DNA of 58,685 bases, the filler included, from Sphacelaria rigidula (lineage: Eukaryota): assembly GCA_964200075.2 (NCBI GenBank). It is 9 parts of 9 records of this genome, joined end to end, with 100 filler letters (N's around TTAATTAATTAA, not from the genome) between each part and the next. Parts side by side here need not be neighbours in the genome. Positions count along the whole stretch, not along the records: positions 45,724 to 52,154 come from CAXNAA020020107.1; positions 52,255 to 58,685 come from CAXNAA020020108.1; 7 more parts are not named here. The stretch is one strand, 5' to 3'. Every line of letters begins with the position of its first letter. Within the stretch, counting starts at the first letter, position 1. The notes beneath the pieces are model-generated. The model was not told the DNA's origin and searched no databases. It saw only the letters and a list, made by a program, of their open reading frames with translations. This document shows, in pieces, positions 48,701 through 58,685 of the stretch. Both the position numbers and the translations under genes were made by a program.

Positions 48701-49799
48701 AGTCCATGCCTGGGGTCCAAGGACGGTAGGTCACGTAGAAACACCCCCCCCTCCTCTCGAAATCTCCAAGATTGATTCATACGATGCTGTACAATCACCG
48801 AACGATATCTTTGTTGGTACTGTCAGGTAATGAACCTTGATAACTGGGCGTTTCTCGAGATTGCACGGCCTACGTCACGAGAACATCAGGATTCAAGAAG
48901 GCTTGTAGTGGCTCGCGGTTATGCCCGGTCGATGTAGCGGGTATGAAAAACGCAAACAAACCAACACGCGCCGAGCGATTGCAGCGTCTCTGCGCAGCCC
49001 ACCAGCCTCAGCAGGCACCAGTGCGACATTGCGGGGACAAGCGCGTTGTTCATAGAGCATATTCGAGGCGAAGCTTTCAAAAAAAAATCGCTTCCAATCA
49101 GCTAAAAATTCGACAGCCCAACTGCTGAAATGAAGAACAGTGCGGCGGAGGGCATGTAGCGCAGGAGAGCGGTCATGCCTCATCGACCCATCTGGGCAGA
49201 GCTCCGCCAACTTCTCACTTCTCATATGACATAAAATGATGATGTGTATGTGTTTTGGGCCCTAAACATCCAACGCGGATGTTGCACAGGTGTACTGTAA
49301 TCTCAAGCACAGTGGTATGGCGACATGACACACATCTCACCGGGTGATGGGCACTTGTCAGTCAGTCTGCTTCCACCAGCTGACGCCTTGCCACCTCCCG
49401 CAACGAAGCATTCAACGGAGGACCAGGTCCATGCCCAGCACCAGCACCAGCACCAGACCTTTGACTTCGTTCGTCGAATTGCCGCACATCATCGTTCCTG
49501 TTGATGTGGTCCTACGGAGAAAAATCGTGCGCTAGGCAAGGCCTCCACGAAACCTACGAGTCAAATGCAATGCCACGCCAACCATAGATGTAATATAATT
49601 GTACCCGGTGTCCGTCCTACCCCCCGCATGGTGTTCGTGGAAGTTGGAGGAAGGGGAGGTCAAGTCGTGCCTTGGCTCGGGAGAATAATGACGTACTTTC
49701 AACGCGTTTCAACAAAATTATGGCATTTTGTAAAGCAACAGCAGATTACGTGCTCGATCGTCATTCTTGGCAGCATCAGTCCCTATTCCCTGAAGTCAT

Positions 49800-50030
49800 C
49801 AACCCCCATGCTTGAAAATTCCCTCGAACTGTCGCGCTACGATATCACGATCCGTTTTTGCCGTACATCATCCACACACCGATATATTGAGCTCTTCTGT
49901 AACGAGTGTTTCTTCAGCGCCGAAAGGTTGTGTGCGCGTCCCAGCAGTATCAATTCCCCAGACAAGGAGCCCAAAACATGTGAAGGGCGCAGGGGAAGAC
50001 ACCACGCACCACCAACCGGAAATTTCCAGA
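49800..50030 (+). repeat. Interspersed repeat with an inverted homologue at about 51730-51945
   Basis: ttgagctcttctg...cgagtgtttcttcagcgccgaaagg..gtgtgcgcgtcccagcagta and gcaggggaagacaccac occur on + here and on - at about 51750-51880. Confidence 0.88.
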
Positions 50031-50034
50031 GGTC

Positions 50035-50370
50035 TACACGTCACACGTGCCACAGCGTTACACGTTACATTCACGTCACGATTTGGACGAAACGCTACGT
50101 GAACGTCATTTTTTTTTCACGTGATGAACGTAACGTGAACGTAACGTGATTTTTTCAAATGAAACGTTGACGTAACGCTCAATTTTTTTTAACGTGACAT
50201 ACGTAACGTAACGTGAACGTTTAATTGCCCAACGTTTCGTGTAACGTGTAATGTTTATTACACGTTACGCGTGTGTTAGGCCTTAGACGTTAGACGTTAG
50301 ACGTTAGACGTTAGACGTAACGTCAATTTTTTAAGTTACACGTTACATGAAACGTCATAAACACGTCACA
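50035..50370. repeat. ACGT-rich motif cluster including (TTAGACG)5; probable transposon subterminal array
   Basis: Dense aacgt/acgtt/cacgt motifs in both orientations, with ttagacg five times at about 50283-50317. Confidence 0.75.
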
Positions 50371-53120
50371 GGAAGTGGTGAAACTTTGAGTTTGCAATGA
50401 ATTTTAAAATCCCAGAAGATTGTGCTGCAATAAACACGAGTGAGTTTGAATGGCCATGGTGAAGGCATGGTACTATTGCAGCCATTTCGCCCTCTCCCCA
50501 CCACACCTCGCATTCCAAGTTATCGTTGCCGCACTGCATCATAACATATCATGCACTGCATCATAACACATCATGATCATCTCGACCACATTCAAGACTA
50601 CCTCTCAGTCAGGTATAAAAACACACGTTGTCAGAAAAACCCGTTTTTCAACAGCGCGATTTTCCAAATAATTTTACAAAGTAGCCCTTCTTACGTGATC
50701 GACGCGCTGTCGAAATTGGAAATGCAGTGTTCATGGTTTTCTATGAGGTGTGCAGGCATAATTTCAAATTCTGGGGCGCGCGAGAGAGACGCAGCACTCT
50801 GCTGTCGTGTCGTGTTGTACGGCCCATACTGACTGTACCACTATTGTGATAAATTGCATGGGCAATACATGGTGGGCTGCGTGACGCAAGACGATCAAAA
50901 CGAACACCGCCTTGCTGTATTAACTGGCTGTAAAGGTGACGGTTGTGCCTGTTCACTGCACGGTGGTACTTGACTGAAAGGACAGCACGGACAACAGTAG
51001 TACACATAACAGTACTGTATTGTATGCATTGGCTGTAGTGGTGGCGTGGCTGCCATCACCACTGCTGTCGCTGGTGCTCGCGGGCAGTCAGCGTGTTGCT
51101 TCATTGTCCTTCGCTCGCCAGTAGCGTGATGGCCCTTACCCCCATGGAAACAGAACAGGGCAGGGTCGATGACGAGTGCTGTACAGACACTATGTCTGTA
51201 GTTTGCACCGTATTGTAGCTCAGTTCAGGTCTGTTCACAGCGTGTTGCAAACAGCACTCGAATACAGTACAGATTGCCCAAGCACCCAAGCCCTGTAGGC
51301 ACTACAACAGTAGCACTGCTTATACTGTGGTCTTGTTTCTACAGTCAGTGCGGTCCTGTCTCTACAAGTCTTGGGTGCGTAGGCAGTCTGTAATGCATCG
51401 CGAGTGCTGTTCACAACACACAACACGCGCTATATGCACAGACCTGAACTGCGGGCTCCACACCCATAGGGTAACCTCTGCATTGAATTAATTAAAACGC
51501 ATTGAATTAAATTACGTAAAGTGTGGTCATTTTTTGCGTTTCGAACAGCAAAAAACCTAAACAGCTGTGATTTGGTGCCGATAATATGGGGACATATCTC
51601 TTGATATACCAGGAGTTCAACACCGATCTATAGCTTGAATGAAAGCCCTGAATATGAATAAAAAATGTACTACATTAGCTATTGCCCATCACGACGGCAT
51701 CTGGCATAAATTTTCTTCTGAAGATGGAGCGAATGCTGTCCGAAATTTCAGCTTGGTGGTGTCTTCCCCTGCACATGTTTTTGGCCGTTTATTGTCTGGG
51801 TAGTTGGTACTGCTGGGACGCGCACACCGCCTTTCGGCGCTGAAGAAACACTCGATGCAGAAGAGCTCAACGTATCGGTATGTGGGTGATGTGCGGCAAG
51901 AATTGGTCGCGACATCGTGGCATGACAGTTTGATGGGAAATGTGACGCTAGCAGGTTTGCTAGTACTGCAGCGTCTAAATGAATGCTGTTAAGGAACTCC
52001 CCAGCTCTTCTGGCCTCAAGGTCTTAGTTGTCAGCCTTTACAACACCTTATCATTATCTCGGAGTGAAAACTCTGCAGCCCTACACCATCTGGCCTGGGC
52101 TACACAACAAGAGTCATCATCTACAGGATGCCCTTGTCCCCTGGTCATCATCCANNNNNNNNNNNNNNNNNNNNNNNNNNNNNNNNNNNNNNNNNNNNTT
52201 AATTAATTAANNNNNNNNNNNNNNNNNNNNNNNNNNNNNNNNNNNNNNNNNNNNTTCCTCGCTTCCAACCCATTTCGCGTTTGCTTCTGTCTCCCGCCCG
52301 CCTTCAAGACCGAGACCCCCCGGGGGGGGGGGGGGGGGGGGGGGTATTCCATGGCCGTTTTCTTCCACGAAATTCCGCTTCAATCGCCGTTGAAAGCAGC
52401 CAACAGTTGTTGGAACGCGCTTGCTCGCGATGAATAACGCCCATTCATGCTACTTTACACCGCGTTTACCCAAATACAAGCGCACCGCGAGTGGTTTAGG
52501 TCGTTTGACGCACCTATGAGCACATTTTGTCGTGGTATCAGACACCTCCCCCCCCCCCCCCCCCCCCCCTCCCTGGCCTTTTCTCCTTTTGTTTGCCCCT
52601 CCTGTCTTTTTTTTTTTTTTTTCTTCTTTTTTTNNNNNNNNNNACCAAACCCACCCCCGCGTGTTTTAGCTGTTTTTCCCCCCTTTTGACCCCATTTTGT
52701 CGGGGTTCCTGACGCCCCCCCCCCCCCCCCCCCCATCGTAGCATGGCTCTTTCGACTTGTGTCAGGCTCGTCCTTGGATTTAGTTTTGCTCTGAATGACT
52801 GGGTCGGTAACCAGCGTTTAACGTGACAAACGCTTCTGCCGATGTCCAATATTCTCCGTGTTTGAGTATCCTTCACCGGATGTCTCCAAGAAAGTATAAA
52901 TCGAGACGAGAAAAAAAGAAGTGAAATTTGAGCTTCACGATTATCCGCTTCAAATGGACGACCAGAAATCATGAATTCAGTGTTACTTGATACTCAACCA
53001 GCGGAGAAAGCCTCGGTCAGCAAAACAAGATCGAAATTGACTACTTGGAGAAAGGCTGTTCAGCTTTCAACATGCATTTCGTTCTTGCTTGCTGTCTCTT
53101 TGTTTTTCTTTTGTCCACAG

Positions 53121-53225
53121 ACGTTTCTGTGGAAACAGCTCACCGTTCTGCTGAATGGCACTACGTTGGTTCATAAAACCATTCCCTGCGAGGGGGGAGA
53201 AGACGGTGATATCTGCTTGGTGGAG
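53121..53225 (+). CDS. Exon of a peptidyl-Asp (M72) / reprolysin-like metallopeptidase, probably pro-region
   Basis: tttttcttttgtccacag acceptor and gag|GTATGT donor, phase 0-0. Translates TFLWKQLTVLLNGTTLVHKTIPCEGGEDGDICLVE. Confidence 0.68.
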
Positions 53226-53729
53226 GTATGTTTGACGCGGGTTTGGTTTCTCATTCGAGAGGAATGTGCCAGACATACCAGTCATCAAGAGATCCGACGA
53301 CAGTAACGATACATAATACGGGCCGTGTGTGTGTTTGATGTACGGGCTGATTGATTGTCGCATACCTGCGGATGTTCTCATTGCTAGGCGTGGGGGACGA
53401 GAGGAGGGGTCACGATTGGTTGCAAAAATGATCCACGCGCTTTGTGCTCACATCATTAGGGGAGTGTTTGCGCGAAAGGAATTCTGATGATTGTCTTTTC
53501 CCCCTCTCTCGTATAGCGTGATGGAAAACCTGACCGCCTTCCAGTGGAACTAAGCCTCGAAGTAGATTGGTTGGGCGGTACCTTCCACAGGAGGAGGGGC
53601 AGTTGTTGTGAAAGCCGACGAATTAGTCATTTTTCAACATAACTAATGATGAAGTGACACTGCACACCTGACCGGATGCTGGGTGACAATCTTCGTTTGC
53701 AAACACTCGTCTATGAATATCAACTACAG

Positions 53730-53906
53730 CTATCCCTTGACTTGGATGAGGATGCTGAACCCAGCGGAGATACTATCTCCAGCTCCTCAAGCCTCGTCAC
53801 CACCACCACCACCGATGGCCGCAGGCTCTGGGACGAGACCGACGCTATCGCCAAGGCGGACGCTGACGTCCAGACTCTTTTCAACGACAGCAGCGGTGTA
53901 GACGGG
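53730..53906 (+). CDS. Exon of the metallopeptidase gene (acidic, Ser/Thr-rich linker)
   Basis: ctacag acceptor and ggg|GTGCGA donor, phase 0-0. Translates LSLDLDEDAEPSGDTISSSSSLVTTTTTDGRRLWDETDAIAKADADVQTLFNDSSGVDG. Confidence 0.72.
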
Positions 53907-55245
53907 GTGCGAAAAGCAGTGTGACCTGAGGAAACGCCTCTCATCGAATATCTGCGTTTTTGTCTAGCAAAATGCGGATGAAATTCTGATAGGTTCGCTT
54001 CGTATGTGTGTGGTTTTGAATTCTTGGGTCAGTCAGTCAAGATCGCGGCGAAAACGATCATTCGCCCATTATTCATCTCTTCGGTTCAGCTTTGTAAGCT
54101 ACACGTTCCTGCTTTCTTGAAGTTCTCATGCAGTCGAGGGGAATGGTCCTACGTTAGGGGTGCACACTTCGGTTGAAGAACTCTGCACTATGTAGGAGCC
54201 TCTCGAGGACAAACAGCTAGGCCTTCGTGTGTGTGCAGCCTCAGAAAACGCTTGGACTACAAACGTGCACCCCTGGCGTAGAAGCACTCAGAACTTGGCC
54301 TGTACTATTTTTGTTTCCACCTCTTTCCGAAACTGCTCATGCCTTGTTTTTGGTCATGATTCATGGTGACGATGAATGATGACCATGGTGATGGTGATGG
54401 TGCTGACGCCGATGATGACGATGATTGACGATGAGTGCGTGCGTTGTTGGGACGAACAATTTTGACTGCTAGATCATCCGGTAAACTGATATAGTGCCCG
54501 CAACGACCCCTGTTTTGAGTCTCATCAGAAACGCACTTGCCATTTAGATCCAAGTCGAATTTGCACACACCCGGTTTTGCAGTGCTCGTTGCTCGATTGC
54601 TGCATCCTCTCTGAACGGCAGTGGTACAAAACACAAGCGCGACGAAACGCCCACACCTGCGCAGCGTGCCCCTCGAACCCACCCACACATACCCAGTACA
54701 CATACGCACAAACTCCAGTGGTGAGCCCCGCTCATGCACCCAGTGGTTTGGCGGGAATCTACCTCGTTTGGCGCGAAAGACAACCGTGTGCGGATCAACT
54801 CACCACCGAAAGCGTGCCGTTTGTAACTCGGCGCGGGTCTTCACACAAATGATCGTTTCCCATTAAATGTTTGAATAGATTCGACCACAGTCGAGTTCAA
54901 CGTTCTCACCCGGCCGGCAGCAACAGCTCAAGCAACACGTGTTTGGCCAACGGGGGGCGAAGGAGCTCTCAGGTCCACGCGTTCAGTTCTAGTGCTGGGC
55001 TTTGTGTCACACCTTTGCATTTCCACGTACTGCGGTGGCTAGAATACGTATTCTTCGAGAAGCAACTACCCAGATGCGCAAACCGGTTGTTATAATTGAT
55101 ATTCATTGGGAGTGGTGTCGCACCGACCAATGGCATAACGCAAGAAGGACACTGATGAAAGCTATTGCGACTTCGTCCCGAGATGACCTTCCCAAGTGTC
55201 TAATTGATACAATTGATACAGCACACAACAAAAACACGCACGCAG

Positions 55246-55413
55246 GTTACTATTACAGTGGCCATGCTGTACAGCGAAGACGCCATGGCCCTCTTGGGAG
55301 ATGTATCTGAGGCGCAGATAAGCACCTTCATCGTTGAAGCCATCGAGAGCACCAACCAAGGCTTCACGAACTCGGACATACCCGTGGAATTCCAGCTGGT
55401 CCACGTGGGATTG
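55246..55413 (+). CDS. Exon: start of the catalytic domain of a peptidyl-Asp (M72) / M12B-like zinc metallopeptidase
   Basis: cgcag acceptor and ttg|GTGAGA donor. VTITVAMLYSEDAMALLGDVSEAQISTFIVEAIESTNQGFTNSDIPVEFQLVHVGL fits the family pattern I.V...Y+..A...I..A+..TN..F.NS.I.....LV. Confidence 0.85.
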
Positions 55414-55935
55414 GTGAGAGAAGAAGCGCTTGGTCATTGTTTGTTTATAGTGCGCCGACGGTATTTTCAATCCCGTATCTCGTTTGGTACTATTGTTGTG
55501 TTTTTACGTTCCGTTTGTGTTTCTTTTCCAGTGGCCCACCCCATTTCTCATGATGGATCCGTCTTGAGGGATGGAACCCATGTCTCTCCCGGGGTGTACA
55601 TCACCTTGCATTTTGTCACTAAGCATGAGATTAGCACTCCCATACCTTGTCAACTGTGCTTTTTTCTACTCTTCTTTTTACTCTTCGTTCAACTGTTGTG
55701 GTGTACTCACGGCCTGATATTTTCAGACGACAAAGATTGTTCCCATCACGGCATTGAACGCTCTTGGGACTTCAACCCCACCTCGACGTCCGCAAACGCT
55801 GATAGTTGATAGCCCTGTGTGACGAGCGGGCACGCCGGCCGTGCCTTGCATACACATGTGCTCGTTTGTGTACTGTGACCTGGGTTCTTTGATGTAGATT
55901 TTACCATTATTAGATGCCATCATATAGGTATATTG

Positions 55936-56042
55936 TAATGGGTTTGCGGTCCGCGTGCTTATAGGACCCCATCGTCGTTAAGAACGCCCCGAGACCGCCG
56001 TTTTTCAAGACCGCTCGGGCCAGTCCCTGCAGGGACCGCACC

Positions 56043-56113
<71 letters not shown>

Positions 56114-56190
56114 CCCTAACACTAACACTAACATGAGGGGTGTTTAAACTCCGATGCGATTTAGGAAGCACGCGGTCCTCACACGTATTA
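55936..56190. mobile_element. Intronic MITE-like element with an internal hexamer array, (CCTGAG)~11 grading into CCTAAC/ACTAAC
   Basis: Imperfect terminal inverted repeats: taatgggtttgcggtccgcgtgctt vs taatacgtgtgaggaccgcgtgctt (reverse complement of the right end). The array spans about 56043-56132. Confidence 0.7.
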
Positions 56191-56728
56191 CTATCATAGA
56201 TTTTACCCCATCGGTCGAATCAATCCTGGTGAGTGTTGCAGCGTACCGCATCTGCACCTCAAGTGTATGTCACCGACTCCTTCCTCTCTCCCCCCTCTGC
56301 TGCCTCAATGATGACGGGAAAGGAAGGCGATGTTTTTACCTGTTTTTCATCTTCATTCGAAACGGATGTGGTGATGAGCGACACCAAGCACCGCTCGCGT
56401 ACGTGAAGTCAGTTTTTATCAGTCATCCTTTATTAATCGGACTTTTGGTCTCTGAACATAAACACCGAATTTGGCGTACAAAATGTTGCTCCAAGTTGAT
56501 GCTTGGAGCTACTCGCTCCTGCATCAACATCATGAAGTACTCTATTCAACTAAGCAAACCAGAAGGATATCCGTTACTTAGTCGTGACGAAGCCTTGTTT
56601 ATGGTCTGTACGAAGTTGGGGCAGGTAATGTTGATGTCGGTCTTGATCTTGACTATACGGTCGCGAAGCACGACATACTGCCCTCACTCCCACTGTGCCC
56701 TGCCTGCGGGATGATATCGTTGAGGCAG

Positions 56729-56862
56729 GTACCGTACACCCCGTCCGAAGGACACCCCCTGAACGAGCTTCGCGAGAACGAGGACGTGATGGAAATCCGC
56801 GACACCTACAAGGCCGATCTCGTCCAGCTCGTTGGGGACCTCGATGGTGTCTGCGGTGAAGC
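56729..56862 (+). CDS. Exon of the M72/M12B-like metallopeptidase, absent from the ORF track; the gene continues beyond the window
   Basis: ggcag acceptor and gc|GTGAGT donor. VPYTPSEGHPLNELRENEDVMEIRDTYKADLVQLVGDLDGVCGEA contains the characteristic RD.Y.ADLV.L.....CG.A motif. The HExxH zinc motif was not found in the window. Confidence 0.87.
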
Positions 56863-58685
56863 GTGAGTGAAATTCTATCCGCTGGGGCTGTGGAGAGTCC
56901 TACGGACGTACGGGTCAGGCTGGCTCGCTGTGACGTTGGATGTCCAAACGTTCCTTGTCAACCCAAATGTTTCTACGCAACCAACCATCACTCAATCTCC
57001 AACTAGTAGTGAGCATCACGGTTTACTCACCTCGTCCCCAATAGCTTGCAGCCACATTTAAAGGAGATATCACGCGCACATGGTTCAAGGTGCCAAGCAC
57101 ATACAGGAAAAACGTGTGCAATGACGGCATACTGGTGGCGTCCCCGCCATCTAAGCATTGGGAAGCTTCCATAGGTGCTCTGGGTAGGGTACCATACTTC
57201 CAGGGCACGGTACCCCCCCCCCCCCCCCAGGGCACGGCCCTGGGTAACCAGAGAATATTCAGTAACGGGTGTTCTCAGCGTGTTGTTGTCTATCATGTCT
57301 TCACATTGAAAAATCGTTCATCATTTAGGATTCTACGCTAGATCCTGGGGCATATAATACGCCACCCCTGAACATTTTAGGGTGCCTGCGAAACGGTCGG
57401 GCGTGTTCGTACTCCACCCTAGTCTCAACACCTCGGCAAACGTTATTTATGCACAAGAGCAGAAAGCTGTCTCACCGCCAAAAGGGAAAACGCAGAAGCA
57501 CAGCATACCAAAATCTGCGAAATTGAATTTTCGGTCTTTGACTTCGTCAGGCAGGCGGAACGTACGTTAAAATCATCGCTCGAGACCTCTGTAGTGAACA
57601 TATGCATGAGTAATAGCGCTGAAATATCGTACGTAGTAGCCACGCAGCAAACTATCACGTGCTAAGTGAATTCGCAAAGCAGCATTATAGGCCGTCCTCA
57701 ATCGTGTTGTAGGACGGCTCACCTCGCTCCGGAGTGGTTGACTGCTATTGTGTCGTGCATGTGGTTGTCTTGTGCCCTACTCTGTTTGACCGACTTGTTG
57801 GGGGTCCTTGTGACACAGTGTAGTCCGCCGGGGATGGGAGCTTTTCCTCACGAAACGTAAGCGCGTTCAAACTTTGTGGTTGTCTATGCTTCATGTTTTG
57901 GGGAGGACTGCAGAATATGAAAACCCGAAGTTGGAACATAACACAAGAAAATACGCACGTTGCAAAATAAATGGGTATGCATAGCGTGCACGGTTGGGAG
58001 GAGCACGGCGGCCGATAACCTACGTGGCATTGCGTGGAAAGGACATGTGTTTCGTCACTACGTGACCCACCGGATATATATATATATATATATATTATCT
58101 GAACTCCTATGGGATATATTCCATTTGTGGTGTCCTGATACCACTGTTTGTCGTGCAAGGTGCACAAAGGTTGTGACTTCGCGACCTCAGGACCGCACTT
58201 TCTCCTTCGTTCTATGCTAACTTTTCCCTCCTACCAACAACCCTTCCCAATCCTAGAGACGACTTCGTGGTCCTAAGGGGTACCCTCATCCCTTACCCTG
58301 TACACCCCCTATGGGGTTGGCATCGTGTAGCGATGACGGTGTAAAACACGCCCCTCACTGCGTAAACTAGGCAAGCAGATTGCCGATTATTTTTGCACGT
58401 TTGCGTGTTTTTTGCGGTAACCATGATGGTAGGAGAACTTCAACTCCGCGCAAAGGGGACGATCTTACCACGTTGTGTTCAAATGGTGAGACACCCTCGA
58501 GGCAGTGTATAAGCCGGGATGTCTGTGGAAGTGGCGGCACCAGAAAATGAAGCGACTCATTGGATGCTGCCATCCAAATGCAAGATAATCAGTAGGTTTC
58601 GGGCCGAACAGTGTTAGCAGGATGCAGCTCACTCTTCATGCGAGTCGCCGAATACATCACGGCGCTTCGCGCTTGGTGATTGAGT

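Noticed and set aside
55910..56171. GS-repeat or RL-repeat proteins
   Set aside because: These are translations of the hexamer array inside an intronic element.

Overview
Repeat-rich, intron-containing eukaryotic DNA, most likely from a brown alga or another stramenopile. That assignment is inferred from the long introns, tRNA-derived SINEs and an intron-split peptidyl-Asp/reprolysin-like metallopeptidase. The window is not a natural contiguous locus. Eight identical 100-nt linkers (44 N + TTAATTAATTAA + 44 N) start at 6433, 12965, 19497, 26029, 32561, 39093, 45624 and 52155, i.e. every 6532/6531 nt. The window is therefore nine equal-sized fragments joined artificially, and no gene neighbourhood across a linker can be trusted. 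Within fragments I can support three partial host genes. (1) A minus-strand gene with three phase-compatible exons (12553-12801, 8208-9351, 7149-7393) encoding a disordered Gly/Pro/Gln-rich protein with RGG repeats and a UIM-like motif that forms only on splicing. (2) A plus-strand first exon (21042-21665) of an unknown protein, with candidate downstream micro-exons. (3) Four exons (53121-56862) of an M72/M12B-like metallopeptidase. The rest is transposon debris: a decayed LINE reverse transcriptase and its truncated 3' tails, SINEs, a TA-flanked Tc1/mariner MITE, a piggyBac-like transposase remnant, foldback elements, tandem arrays, and two diverged copies of an unclassified formerly coding element. 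I found no convincing novel multi-gene system. The best leads are the unclassified coding repeat, the UIM/RGG protein, a MITE carrying a telomere-like hexamer array, and a 43-bp palindromic array.
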